From Octopus bimaculoides (taxonomy: Eukaryota), in contig NC_068983.1 of NCBI RefSeq assembly GCF_001194135.2, positions 67,158,130-67,218,703 on the forward strand: DNA of 60,574 nucleotides. The letters run 5' to 3'. Position 1 is the stretch's first letter. Every line of letters begins with the position of its first letter. Shown one piece after another: positions 24,401-37,881 of the stretch. The position numbers were made by a program, and so were the translations under genes. The notes below the pieces were generated by a model. It did not search any database and had not been told where the DNA came from. It worked only from the letters and a program-made list of their open reading frames with translations.

Positions 24401-27400
24401 AACATTGAGTTACTGAACCACTCTCAGACTAGAGATCTATTACAAATGCTTGCAAAGAGAAAACTCTGCTAACTGTACCTAAGTACTACCACACTGCACC
24501 CATTTATAAATTGAGTGACAAAGTAGGTCTATCTCCATAAAATTAAGTCTGCCTCCCTGAAGTTTCAGCAGTTGCCCTTTGATAAAATGTCTGACTGCAA
24601 GGAATTGAGGTCACTGTGACTTTTACAGTGACAAATCACAATCTTAAAATTTTGTAATTGTTTTAATATATTTGTTGTGAGGTGAATTTCAATGTTTCAT
24701 TCTTCAGAGAAGAAATGAGAAACTTTTTGAATGGTTGTAAATGAAAGTGAACACTATAAGAAAAAACAGAGAGATGAACAGGAAGTGTGGTAGTCAGTAT
24801 GTGATCAAAGTGGTGAAACAAAAGGAAAGCAAATACTTTGAAGAAACTCTGTACATACCTAAGCACAGTGACATTCAGATTTGCATGTGTACATACACTA
24901 ACACCTTTAATTTGGAAGAAAGTAGGGAGTGGAAACAATTTCACTGCAAGGTTAAACACATATGGGTATGAGTTTGTATATTTGCTGTATGTTTATCATG
25001 TTTCCACTATTGATAGATGCAAACTAGATAACAAAACATACACAGTATGTATTTGTTGTACCACACACAACTATTTGTATAATGTGTGCAGTATCGTCTC
25101 ATACACATTAATCTTGACATATTTACATTGAAGATCTATGGTATATACTAGGCATTTAGTTGGCTTTCAGCATTCCCAAACATCTGCCTGAATATACCTA
25201 TAAATATATCAGCAACACTAAAAAATTTCTTATCTAATTTCTATAATTCCTGTAATTTCTTTACATAGAAGTCAAGATGTTTGATTTAAAAGAATGGTAT
25301 ATTTGTATTAAAATTGTCTTATTGTTATTATAGTTATTTATCTTATATAAACAAGTTTTGGTATTTGTTTTAATTACAAATGGCTAAAGAAAACACATAT
25401 ATGGGAACTGCATATCAACTACAACTAGGAATCATCATTAGCTTCTTTTTTACCATGATCATCATCATCACCATCCTCATCATCATTCAGCACCATCATC
25501 AAGTATCTCAGCCAATACTACCGTCATTAGGCATGATATTGATGATTATTTCTTCTTTGATATAGTTATAACATATGACCTCTTCTAAGTTGATAGATCT
25601 AGAACATTTAGTAACATTATAATAGAAATCTACATATAATTTTTGGTTTATTAGTTTCAATTAAATACTGTTTTTTTTTTTTATAAAATATCAAGTAACT
25701 ATATTCCCTTCTGCCTTAACTAATTTCCTCTGCTATTATTTATATGCTTTTCACACAGATTTTTGAAACAATTCTTTCAATTTTTAAAAGCTCTTTTGCA
25801 ATTACTAATAATATCTTTGAAATCAGTATTGGAATTTACAATATTGGTGTTTTTTGTGTTTTTCACTTAGCTGTCATTTTTTCTTTGCTTCAAATAATTG
25901 CAAATACTACCAGATAAGAGATATTCTACCTTAACAGGAAATGGAATCATTGCAACCTCTTCATGTGAGGCTAAATAAATTTTAGTATGTTTCTCCTTAA
26001 TGCAAATGAATCTAGATATTCTAGGATAAAGACTTTAGGTATATAGTGATCAAATTTAGTTCTTCTCTTAGAAAGATTATTGCTACTGAGTAGCTGATGA
26101 CCCCACACAGTTGTGAGTATGATGTTAAATAACATAGCACTGTTAGGGATATTTATGAAGAAGGAAATTGTATAGCATAAAAAGAAGAGGTACAATAAAA
26201 GGAAAAAGATACATAATTTTAGTTCTTAGAAATAGGTTACAAAAGCTAAAACATGAAATAAACAAGATACAGAATAATGAAAAACAGAATATAAAATAAT
26301 ATCAATTTGTACAGGGAAAATGAAAAAAAAACCAATGGGACCCCCCACCCCACCCTAGCAAATTGTTGTTTTATAAACTAAGAACCAGTAATATTCTGTG
26401 TATGCCCAGACTATGGAGAATAGTATTTAGTTCTTGTGTTAAGATGACATCTATATTATAATCTTCACATTTTTCTTTCTATTTCTTTTCCTCTACTTTC
26501 TTCCATCTTGCTCTAGAAAGTGACATTTGCTATTTCTCTCCTTCACACACCCACTTGTTAACTTCCTCTGTAAATAATTACTTTCTCCTCTATTCTTTAT
26601 TGATTTATCATATTAAGCCAGAGTAAGCGCAGTTCTTTCTCCTCCTCTCTTTATCTTAGTTTCTTATACCAATAGGCATTTAAATATATTGTGCTATACT
26701 TCAACATATTTAAAAAAAAGATTTCTTGCAATGTTTATATCAAAACTAGATATCATATTTGGTTCCTTTAGTGGTATACAGCCATATTCTTGAAACCATG
26801 TCTGAGCTCTTGACACTGAGTTTTTTGATGTCTTAAACGATATTCAGCTCTTTATAAATTCACTTAAGCATCAAGTTCACATTTAAAAACATTTGTTACT
26901 GATGTTCTAAGCAGAAGTAAATAACAAATGTGAATACTTTAATAAGGCTGAGCACTTGAAAAGAACTAATAACATAAGTATTATTTATCCATTATTTGAA
27001 AGTCATTGCAACAATTTGGATTGATTAAAACCTTCAGTAATATTATAATAAAACCACAAATGGATTTTAGATTTTACTCATATAACTAGAATATAAACTA
27101 TATAGAATTCTGTGGCATGTAGTTTCAGTACTGTATTATTCTTTGTATATTTATCATTTTGGAAATTTACATTGTGCTCAATTTATACCAGCTTTATACA
27201 TCAACATTTCAGTTACATGGGAATGAAAATTTCCCAGTTGAGCTTACAATCGCTTTTCTAGCTATAATACTGGTATTGTTGAACCTATCTATAAGCAACA
27301 TATTGTATGCTTTTTTTTATTTTCTCTTTTTTTAACAGTTCTTTTAGACTGTATTAAAATTACAAGCTCTATATCAGAGCATTGTGTCAGGCATATCTTG

Positions 27401-29130
27401 ACAAGTTTTATTCACTTCTTTTCCTTCACTGCTAGCATGAAATCTTAGCTTTGTTACTCAAAACCGTGTAGATGAAAAACTGTTGCCTAACTTCTACAAA
27501 AGACTTTAAACTTTCTTCATATACAATAGAAAGAAATTGTATTGGTGCATGTGTGTCTGCCTGTACTTGTTAATGCTTCATTGTTTCTATTTGAAGTTGT
27601 TTCCATTTATGTAGATTGCAGATAAGTTGTTGTGTTCGTTGCTCTTTAGAAATTCAGCTAGATTTAGGTTGATTAGATGCATAAATATACAAATATAATT
27701 AATAATTTGCTTATACGTACATGTGAATACAATCTGTTTTGAAAACAAAATTATATGGTTATAGATATGTGATCAAAAATTATATCACATTTATGTCATA
27801 ACTGAAGGCTGAAATTCATTTATCTGACTATTAGTATGACATTATGATGGGTGGTAATAGTGCTAATGTTACTATTACTACTGCTGCTTTGAGAAATCAT
27901 TTATTATAATTATTGTGTAACACTGTATTTCTAATAATAGCTGTAAGTTCCTTTTTAAAACTTTCTGAAATATATTTTTTCAAAGATACCTTTTTGCTTG
28001 TCACATGAAGTAATGAGAACAGCTCTGTTTTGAAGAGATCTCATCTGTATCATTCAAAATAACACAAATTATCATAATTGCCAATGATTTTTTTATTCAC
28101 CATATGAAGTTTATTACAACAAGCTGAGAGAAAGAATATCATTTTCAAAATCTTTGCTTGTTTAAATTATATCATTATTGTCAAAATTTTATCATTATTG
28201 CCATTACTCATTGAAATAAAAACTGTATATTTCAATTGTACTATTAAGAGTTTATCCAAAATAGGGGATGGAGTCTGTTCATCAAGGAATTTTCTTTGCA
28301 TCAACACCAATTGAATAAAATATATTTTATAATGTCAAGATAGTCATCTTATTTTTAGTATTCTTAATTTGAAGATCAACATAGAAAACTGAAGATGTTC
28401 AGTTTATAAACAGATCATTACAAATTATTTTGAAAATATATGGAGAAACCTCACCAATTTGAAACCACTTACATCAGTTTAAGGGGATCTAATTTAGTAC
28501 ATTAATTCACAGGAAATGATTATTCTTCTGTGACAAATTCTATATATGATAGAAGGAGCATTACTTACCTAAGTGTGTATAGCTGAAAATGATTCAGGTT
28601 GTAGAAATTAACATAGAAAACATCAGTAGAGATGAAACCAAGCCGTACATATATACATTTTTGAAGGACATATTATTATTTGTTAGCTTTGAATATCTCT
28701 AGTTAGGCTGTAGATGACAGTGAATGTAGTACAGTTCTGGATAACAAATATTTTGCTATGTATGTTCTGTGTGAAATCCTGCTGATTTCAACTTTACCTT
28801 TAATATTGCTGCAACTGTTGAATAAAGCTTCAAAAAATATATAATTCTTTGTACATCCAGTAAGTGATCGATATTGAGGACAGCACTAGGAAACTCATTC
28901 AGAACTAAAGATTATGAATGAGAGGATTTACTGAAAATGAGTGACAATTTTAGGGTAAATTGTAATAGTTTTATGTAATAAAACATATGTAACTTTTAAC
29001 TTCCAGTAATATCAAATGCATAATTTATAAGTATTTTCCTGTAAATGCAAATTCTTTATTTTCACATTTTTTCCATTTCTTTCATTTTTAAATCTTAGAG
29101 TAAATGTATCCTTTGTTTTGTTTCTTGCAG

Positions 29131-29234
29131 CCCTCAGATGACGAGCCAGGCGACAGTGATAGTAGCATACATACCATGACGTCCGAGTCACAGCTATCGT
29201 ATGGCAAGCAGAGTGGTGCTATTCGAAAGGCAGG
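29131..29234 (+). CDS. sif/TIAM1: Coding exon of still life/TIAM1-like Rac GEF (linker and start of N-terminal PH domain)
   Basis: Acceptor ctttgttttgtttcttgcag and donor GG|gtaagt; 104 nt, phase 0 to 2. Translates PSDDEPGDSDSSIHTMTSESQLSYGKQSGAIRKA-G and joins in frame to 38098 (GG+A = Gly), giving the 'GAIRKAGWL.VK' start typical of the Tiam1/Sif PH domain. Confidence 0.9.
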
Positions 29235-29310
29235 GTAAGTCTCTTGATTAATTAACAACTCCTGTAACATAGTAAGGATTATAAAGGCTTTTATATAGAG
29301 ACAAAAAATT

Positions 29311-29368
29311 CATCATCATCATCATCATCGTTTAATGTCTGTTTTCCTTGCTGGCATGTGTTGGACAA
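29311..29368 (-). mobile_element. SINE family B tail fragment
   Basis: (cat)n-cgtttaatgtctgttttccttgctggcatgtgttggac. Confidence 0.7.
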
Positions 29369-29610
29369 ACATGCAACATTTTTTTCTTAAAGATTGATAA
29401 TGAAAATGAAATGGTTGCAACTGGGAATGGATTCTGTTTGCTATTAATATAATATGAACCCTTTTGTATGCTACAAAAACAGAATAACAAAGTTAACAGT
29501 ATTTTAATTTCATAAATAATGCATTTAACTTGACTTCAGTTTTCTTTTACTTCACATTTCAAAGAAAAGTTGTTAATTTCAAACCATTTCCAGACTGTAT
29601 AGTTAAAAAA

Positions 29611-29800
29611 GGTGTTGGTATGGCTGAGTGGTTAAGAAGTCCACTTCCCAACTGCATGGTCTCAGATTCAATTCCATTGTGCTGCACCTTGGGCAAATGT
29701 CTTCTACTGTTGTCATGGGTCAACTAAAGTAATGTGAGTGGATTTGCTAGAGAGAAACTGAAAAAAGTGTGTCGTGTGTGTGTGTGTGTGTGTGTGTGTG
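29611..29800 (+). mobile_element. SINE family A head (degenerate), ending in (TG)n
   Basis: tggctgagtggtt A box, ...ccttgggcaaatgtcttctact...gtgagtggatttgctagagagaaactgaaa. Confidence 0.75.
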
Positions 29801-30089
29801 ATTCTTTGTTTGCATTTGCTTTCTATTATAATTTACAAAAGTTATGAACTGCAGGCAGTATTGTTTTTGTCATTTCTATCAACAAATCATCTCCTTGCTT
29901 CAGACCTTCTAAGGCAGGTAAAAGAATACATCATTTACTTGAAAACAGGAAGTGCATGTAACTGTAAAACAAGGACTCCATAATATTATATTCATTTGAC
30001 TCATGCCACTATGGAAACAGATGTAGAAATGAGCAAACTACAGTATGATTTTTATTTGAATATAAAATTCTTTCTATCTTTAGCTGCCT

Positions 30090-30130
<41 letters not shown>

Positions 30131-30408
30131 NNNNNNNNNNNNNNNNNNNNNNNNNNNNNNNNNNNNNNNNNNNNNNNNNNNNNNNNNNNNNNNNNNNNNN
30201 NNNNNNNNNNNNNNNNNNNNNNNNNNNNNNNNNNNNNNNNNNNNNNNNNNNNNNNNNNNNNNNNNNNNNNNNNNNNNNNNNNNNNNNNNNNNNNNNNNNN
30301 NNNNNNNNNNNNNNNNNNNNNNNNNNNNNNNNNNNNNNNNNNNNNNNNNNNNNNNNNNNNNNNNNNNNNNNNNNNNNNNNNNNNNNNNNNNNNNNNNNNN
30401 NNNNNNNN
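30131..30408. other. Assembly gap (278 N) flanked by (TA)n
   Basis: Run of N with (TA)n on both sides. Confidence 0.99.
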
Positions 30409-30441
30409 TATATATATATATATATATATCTCCTAGACAAA

Positions 30442-30630
30442 TGTTGGATATATAATTAACAATGCAGAGGTAAAATCAATGTGTTCTCACAATGTGTGTC
30501 ACAAGACTACAAAACGTCCTCCCAGTGGCTCCTACTGACCTCTGTCTTAACTAATATGCTACTCTTTATAAGAGTTCAGCTTGTCCATTCTTCCAATCCC
30601 CTAGTGATGTCGGTGACTCTCACCACAACA
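30442..30630 (-). mobile_element. Gypsy 3' LTR (189 bp, TGTTG...CAACA)
   Basis: Terminal inverted tgttg/caaca; polypurine tract AAAAGGAGAGA on the minus strand at 30631-30641; internal TATA-like tataaag. Confidence 0.75.
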
Positions 30631-31090
30631 TCTCTCCTTTTGATATTGACTTCGGTTGGAAGTTGATATTATCATTTTTATTGATTTTTCTTTCATCACA
30701 TCTCCCTTTTTGAAATTTTCCTCCTAGGGAAGTTTAATATTTCCTCCGTTTAGGGACTACTTCCAGCCATTCTGTTTGTCTCCTCTTTCTTGTGCTGCTA
30801 TGCTTTGGCTCGATTTTGCGTGGTGTTGGAACATCAAAGGTATCATAGAACACTTCCATCGGTATCTCTTTTTCCCTTATGTCTATTTTTTAGCTGGTTT
30901 AAATGTCTTTTGTGTTCCCGTTTTAACCTCTTACATTATATGTCATTTTGCCTATTCTTTTTGTTACTACTCCATCTTCCCACCCTTGTCTTCCGTGTTT
31001 ATATATTTTGAAAAACACCTAGTCACTGTTATTAAAACGCTTTGTTATATATTTAGTGTTTTCCCTATTTGTTTTTCTTACTGGTAACAG
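30631..31090 (-). mobile_element. Gypsy integrase C-terminal relic
   Basis: Minus strand reads LLPVRK...VFFKIYKHGRQGWEDGVVTKRIGKMTYNVRG / EHKRHLNQ / EIPMEVFYDTFDVP, a GPY/F-type region with stops and frameshifts. Confidence 0.8.
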
Positions 31091-31822
31091 CTTGTCAAAA
31101 ATTCACATTTTGAACACATTTAAAAGGGCGTTAAGAAAAGCTAGGAATGAATTAAGTAACTAACAAAATTCCTAAGCACTAACAAAGCACTTAAGGGTAT
31201 ATAGAGTAACCCCCAATCCAAGTACAAATTCAGGAAAGTCAGCTACAGAGTTGATGTTCACGAGAAGAATAAAATTGATGTTTGATAAGTAGGCCCCAAA
31301 ATGGTGTGCATTCTCTCCTGATGACCCTATACACTTGCTGGCTTCCGGTATGTGGAGCTTTCGACTGGTAGCACATGCACATGCAAGTTGTTTGCAAAGC
31401 ATATTACCAGAGAAAAAAAAGATGTAAAAGAAATACGAAAGATGCAATGAAATATTTCTAAGTAGGAGATAAAATGCATTTTTAAAACCTATAGGAGTGG
31501 TAAAGAAGGCTGGGAGGATGGCCTTGTAACCAAAAAAAAATAGGAAGTATGATGTATCTAATTAAAGGACCCTGCCAGGAACATAAGAGACATGTAAATC
31601 AGAAGAGACATACCGAAGAATGGAGAGAAATTCCTATGGAAGTATATTTTGATGTATTCATTGTCTAAGCACTGAAAGTAATGGAGTCCCATAGAATCAG
31701 AATGAGAAAACAGAAGCAGACCAAGCATCTTGAGATAAGGCCCAAGTGAAAAAGATAGGAAAAATAAAAATAAAAATGAAATTTCTTTATTCCTTCAGGA
31801 CTCAAAATCTCAAAAGGGGAGA
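31091..31822 (+). mobile_element. Second Gypsy integrase C-terminal relic
   Basis: Plus strand reads TFKRALRK...VYRVTPNPSTNSGKSATELMFTRRIKLMFDK, then GWEDGLVTK..GSMMYLIKG..EHKRHVNQ..EIPMEV; PPT aaaaggggaga at 31812-31822. Confidence 0.8.
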
Positions 31823-32049
31823 TGTTATGGCAAGAGTACAACACCCTCTTGGCAAGAATAGATGGGACCACTACATATAAATAGTAGCAGTCTGACATAG
31901 TCGGCAGTTCATAGTTTGGTCTTTGAAGTCCAGGTACAGTTTACAGTTCAAGTTAGTGTGTTGGAAATATTGATTGTTGGTTCATAAAAGATTGTTGGTT
32001 CATTACGTGTTTGTTACTGCCACTGTTTCTATTTTGTATTGTTATAACA
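31823..32049 (+). mobile_element. Gypsy 3' LTR (about 227 bp, TGTTAT...ATAACA)
   Basis: Directly follows the PPT; 6-bp terminal inverted repeat; internal catataaatag TATA-like box. Confidence 0.7.
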
Positions 32050-32179
32050 CTGTTACAGTATATTCTGTATCTATCATCGACAATATCAACCATACTTTGA
32101 TAATGGAGGCTTAAGAATATATAACAATATATGGGAGAGTTAGACTTAATCAACGCAATGCAGTTTAGATTGTGCTAAG

Positions 32180-32370
32180 AGTGCTCTGAGGTGCCATGTA
32201 AAAAACACTCAGTACACCTTGTAAAGTGTTTGGCATTAGGAATGGTATTCAGCTGTTGAAACCAAGCAAAAACAGACTATGGAATGTGGTGTGGCCTCTG
32301 GCCTTGTCAGTTCCTGTCAAGCCATCCAACCCATGCCAGCATGGAAAACAGACATTAAGTGAGGATGATA
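32180..32370 (+). mobile_element. SINE family B copy (degenerate, plus strand)
   Basis: ggcattaggaatggtattcagctg...ccatccaacccatgccagcatggaaaacagacattaag is the reverse complement of the family B tail. Confidence 0.75.
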
Positions 32371-34623
32371 ACACTTCAGTGCACTACTTGTAGAATCTAA
32401 AATGCATTGCTATGACTGAGTCTGTCTATCTCACTTCCAATAAAGCTACCACCAAAATCTGTGGCATTCAGAAATAGACTGGATAGTAGAGAGAATGTAC
32501 TTTGTCCAGACTGTCACGCTGCACTACATACAAGTCTTCATCGTTTGTTGGAGTGTGCAGTACAGTCCTCAGCAAAACAGAGACATGTGGTCATGTTTCA
32601 ACATTTGGCTAACTGCGTGCATGCTATAGAACTGATCAATCAGATTTGACCTGGATTTACACAACTAACACCCAAACTGCAGTTATTCAATTTAAAGTCA
32701 GTATTGTGTTATTAGCAGTTATAATTTAATTTGTTGTTTTCATGAGACTTGTAAATTCCCCCCTTTCCAGTGCATTATTTTTCCCATTGTTGAAATCAAC
32801 AATTTTATTGTATATCACCCATTAGAAATAACACCTTTTAGCACAAACAACATATTTATCTATTTTGTATTACATGTATTGTAAATATTCAGACTTTTCC
32901 ATTTATTGAGATTTTCATAGAATTTCCTTTTATTTGTTGTTTCCAATTATTATTACAATCAAGAAAAGTAGATAATTTAATCAATGAAGTGGATGGGTGG
33001 CTTGGGATCACTACTGATTTTCAGAATGTTGATAGTTCTTTTATTCTTTTACTGGTTCCGGCCATTGAGATGTGGACATGGAGTGTTGCCTTTTATTTAA
33101 ATTCAATATTTTCTCAGATAGAAATATTTTAACATCTCTTGTTCAGCAGAACCAATTAAAAGCATAACATAAAATTTCAAGAATATCCTTAAACTGCAAT
33201 ATTGTTTAAGCATTTTTTCCCCCTATTATTTTAGTCAGTGTTAATAGCAGCAGTAAAATTCTTAAAGGGATTCTGATATCGTTGTTATTATCTTAACTCA
33301 ATTTTCAATAAAAATGAGCTTTATTGCTTTCATATCATTCTTATCTTAGTGTTCAGGAAATCTCTGACTAGAGTAAATCCTTAACTTTACCAGACAAGAG
33401 TATAATAAAAGAAAACAACAATAAATGCCTCAAGCCATTGATTTCTCAAAAAAAATATTAATCTTATATTCATTAATGTTAGCTAAGGCCAACATGTTTT
33501 AAGGGATAATTTAGCACAAAAAAGCCATTAGCAATTAAATTGTGGTGCTCTTTGTTTGGAATTAAATCTGTTGCTGTAAACTGTGATTTCAGTATGATAA
33601 CAAATCTTTATTAAGTGACTAGTATATACATTTTTCTAAAAACGGGGAAAAAAAATGGTAAAATGCTTCTGGAACTAAGATTATTTCAGCTGTTGAATGT
33701 CTTAGTTGGTTGCCTAAAGAATTTCTAATCAGAAAATTGAAAGTGCAGTCTATACTAGAGCTGGTAATTCATAGTATTCAAGCTCCTTGCCAGCCATAGG
33801 CAGTACATAATTTTGATAAGGGTCAGCATTTTGTTGTGAATATCAGATATATTTAGGCGTGATTCTTTTTTATATTTGTTGTGTTTGTTACAGTGTCATT
33901 TGTCATATCAATATTGTATAGGAGTGGTCTAATATTTAAATAGGTTATTAAAATTTATTTAAAAACCATCTTTATAAAGATAATACACAGTTCCAAATAC
34001 CATAGAATACAGAAAATAATTCACTCATTGTTTCACATTTAAATTTGTGAATATTGTTATCACATTATGTTTACTTGAATTATTCTATCAATGTTACTAA
34101 CAATAGCAGTAAACAATTATATTTCACACAGAATATATAGACAGTAAATATATTGGAACATTATCATTATTAGAATTCCTCATTTAAAAAAAATCATATC
34201 ATGAAAAAGTTTGTACACGGTTTTAGATGCAATGCAATATAAAAAGATATTTATTCTTTTATTATTTCATATCAAATATGTTTATATTTCTAAAATATTC
34301 AGATATTATGTTCTGTAAATCAGACTGTTCATTTTCTAAAATTTGATAATATACCCAAACATTATAAAAGTTAAGTTTGATTTTTGAGCATAAAACCTGA
34401 AACTTTTAGAATTACAAATAAATTTAAATGTGAAACCATGAGAGATTATATTATATCTACCTTCCATGGTATTTAAAACTGTAGACCAACATTTCATAGT
34501 TGTAGCTTTTAAATGTGGAATTTTAATAAAAGCAGTATTTCATATATACACTTTACACATTTCAAACACTATTTTTATAAAATATGTAATATTTTATGAT
34601 ATATATATACACACATACACATG

Positions 34624-34681
<58 letters not shown>

Positions 34682-34744
34682 AGGGCTGTCCACTCATGAC
34701 CGAGGAAGACCATTGCTGACCTTCAGGAACATTGTGCGCCCTAG

Positions 34745-35446
34745 GGCGTATTTCATCTATGGTTGCAGGAAACCACAAGCTATCTTTTTTCCGGCTTGTT
34801 TACATTCTGCGGAACGGTTTGTTTCCTCAGTAATCATTTCAAACAAGCATGCTGGAAAAAATAAGGAAAAAAATAAGAAAAAGAAGTCTAAAGGTTTCGC
34901 TTCCTGAGAAAGACTATGAGTAGACCCTGTCACCTCAGAAAAATTGTTAATAAAAATATTTTTTAAATCTTTACTCCATTCTGGTGTAAAATCATCCTCG
35001 CTGTCGCCGTCGCTATTGCTGCTTTCAGTTTCGGATACAGAAATATCCGATTCATTATTGTTCACCACGTGCTTTTGTAGCTCATTCATTCTTTTCTTCG
35101 ATATCTCCATATCTTCTGTTGAAAAACCTTCAAATTCGGAATCACTGCTTGATAGCATGAAACTCCTCTCCATCTTCAAAGTTGAAAAAATTTAATGCCG
35201 CAAAAATGTGGAAAAAAATCTTCCAAAATTCACTGAGTTCAAATATCATGCCAAACAATGTCGGAGACAATAACTCAACTGTTTGCAAAGTGAAATCACG
35301 TGTTTTAACGAATGTGCTAATGAGATTTGGGTTCAAATATACATTTAAATATCAATGGGTATTCTTGGCTGGCTACGGCCGGGTTGGTCTTATGAACCAA
35401 AAAATTTTTCGGCTGGCTACGGCTGGGTTAGTAACGAAAGGGTTAA
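34745..35446 (-). mobile_element. piggyBac transposon 5' end with N-terminal transposase fragment
   Basis: TTAA at 35443-35446 followed on the minus strand by CCCTTTCGTTACT (TTAA|CCC terminus). Subterminal 19-bp direct repeats at 35367-35385 and 35411-35429 (18/19 identical). ORF 34757-35179 has an acidic N-terminus, PLDFF.LF and EMITEETNR, then W.P.T..EIR in another frame. Confidence 0.85.
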
Positions 35447-36290
35447 TGGAGCTGCAGTCCTGGGTAAAACAGAGACCGAGAAGGAGCTTTTGGAAAGTGG
35501 AACCTCCCCAAGTACTCACAACCCTCCGTCGATTGGACAGTGTGGATAGGTGGAACATCTACTTTAGCTTTTCATAGAGGATTAGTGGAGGAAAAGTGTG
35601 ACGACATTCTTAGGGAGACTTTGGGCATTGGAGAAGATCAGCTAGTCGCTCTTTTCTGGAGAACCTTCAGGCAGAGACCAATGGATAATTTCCAAAAATC
35701 TCTGGCCTGGCAGTGCTAGAGGGGAGCTTTGCCTGTTCGAGATAAACTTTACAGACACAGAAGTGCTGTCAGCTGAGCATGTCCAAGATGCATGCAGGAC
35801 AATGAGACCGTCCTGCATGCACTCATCCACTGCCTGAGCATTGCTGACCTGTGGGTTTATGTCGAATACCTGTTGTCATGCGTAGGACGGATCCAGTTAT
35901 CAGCTGAATCCATCATAAAGATCACCCCACTGCCTTCCTTTAACCAGGAAGGAAAGGCTGTTTTTATATGCCTGGTGGCCATGGGGAAAGAAGTTGTGTG
36001 GTGGATGAGACAAACACTTTTCCTTTTGGTCAATCCCTGATGAACTTCTTCAAGTTTCACTTGAAAAAGAAATAAAAGGTAGAGAGGTAAGTGTTATCTT
36101 CTAGTCAGTTTGCCAAAATGTGGATGAAAGTGGTGAGAATGGTATGAGTGAACAGGCCTGCCCTGAGCATATGCCTGTAGTTGAAAAGAGGAAGGGAAAC
36201 GAAAAAAGGCACCTGCCCCAAAATCAGGGAACCCATGGTTTTTATGGGGTTTTTCCATGAGCAGCCCTTATTTTATTAGTCTTGTTTACA
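35447..36290 (+). mobile_element. Tx1/L1-clade LINE ORF2 C-terminal fragment
   Basis: Reads KSLAWQC*RGALPVRDKLYRH..ACPRCMQDNETVLHALIHC..IADLW...VVWWMR, a zf-RVT CCHC motif of L1/Tx1 elements. Right boundary approximate. Confidence 0.75.
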
Positions 36291-36329
36291 TGCAAAATCC
36301 TCACTACACAAGCATACACACACACACAT

Positions 36330-37837
36330 ACACATTTTTTTGTTTTGTCCTGTGCTGTCAATAATGCTTTTCTTCATGTAAACCCTTGTGGTTAATAAAG
36401 AAATCATTACCAGGGTAACACCCATTATTTTACAAGCACCATCCGGAGTATTCAAGCGGTTCCAAGCAGTGCTGTTTTCTGCTAGTACTCTACCCTTATT
36501 GCAGCCCTATTTGTTTCATGTACTTCTCAAGATTTTTACTCACCGTTTCCAGGGCTCTGACAGTTATTAGTACTACTACTACCTTTTTCAGTGACCACAA
36601 CAGCTTAACCTACCAAGCTAACCTGCTATATCTATCGACTTTTCTTTCTTCCTTATCACATACCTTGTTGTCAGCTGGGCATGCTATATATATATATGAT
36701 CCAGCATCGTTTGCTTTCTTTCTCAATGAACACTATGTCTGGTTCCCTATTCTCTATCTCATGGTCACACTGAACCATAAAATCCCATAGGATCTTTGCA
36801 TTATCATTTTCGATGATGCCTTTTGGTTCGTACCACTTTTTTGCTCTGTCAAGTCCGTACCTGTTGCAAAGTGTCCAATGGATAATCCTTGCTATATTGT
36901 CATGATATCTCTTATATTCTTTCTGGGCTAGTGGCATACATTGACCGGTAATATGCAAAACAGTTTTGCTATTTTGTCCACAAATTCTGCATTTATCACT
37001 TTCTGAAGAGTTGTCTATTCTGTATTTGATGTAATCTGTTCTTAATGTTTGCTCTTGGGCAGCATAGATTAAAGCCTCCATTTCCAGTTTTAAATCACTT
37101 TTAGTCATCCATAGCCATCTTTTTTCTCTGTGTGTCTTATCTTCAACATCCCTATGAAATGTCCATGCATTTTTTTCTTTACCCACCTATTTTCAGTTTC
37201 ATTCATTCTCAAGTGCTTGTACAATGCTTTCTTTATCTTTGCAATCTTCCATCCTACACAAGCCTGACCTTCTTATTTCCAATAATAGAAGTTCTGTGGA
37301 ATTCTTTATGTACCATGCTATGTTGTTTTCTTCTGCTCTAATATTGTGTTTGCATCCAATCAGTCCTCTTTCCCCTCTTTTTCTTGGTACATACAGTCTG
37401 TCTGTGTCACTTTTGGGGTGGAGTATCCCATATCTAGTCAGCGACTTCCTTGTCTTTCTGTCTAAGCTGTTTAGTTCATCTACTATCCATGCAATTACCC
37501 CTGCTCCATATCTACGGAGTGAAACCACCCAGGTGTTGATAGCATCAATCTTATTCCATCTGTTTAATTTCGACTTAAGGTCAATCTCAGTCTGCACAAG
37601 TACGCCACCTTAAATTTTTCTCTCACTTCTTTCTCCATCAATTCATCCATTTCCAATATCCCCAAATACTTATAGCCCATCTTTTCTATCTACTTCCTAA
37701 CCTCTCCGAACAGTATTGCAAGCCTGTCCATACATTTGATTTTGCCTCTCTTCAAGACTAACACACCACACTTTCTCAGTACGAACTCCATTCTGATACC
37801 AGCACTGAAAGTATACACCATATCAACGAGGGAACTG

Positions 37838-37850
<13 letters not shown>
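36330..37850 (-). mobile_element. R4/Dong-type (restriction-like endonuclease) LINE, 5'-truncated and decayed
   Basis: Motifs GMEF...KC, AINTW..., LDRKTRK.LT....HPKSDTDRLYVPRK.G.RGL, AAQEQ.L.T, CRICG....TVLHI...C, HD.IARIIHW, ILWDF, PDIV and the C-terminal QKTALLGTA.IL..VL. Confidence 0.88.
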
Positions 37851-37868
<18 letters not shown>

Positions 37869-37881
37869 CTTCTTCTTCTTC

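Noticed and set aside
29088-29270. 60-aa minus-strand ORF
   Set aside because: Antisense shadow of the real + strand exon 29131-29234.
32460-32600. CPDC...H....C motif in a short ORF (possible LINE zinc-knuckle relic)
   Set aside because: An isolated motif with no flanking RT similarity.
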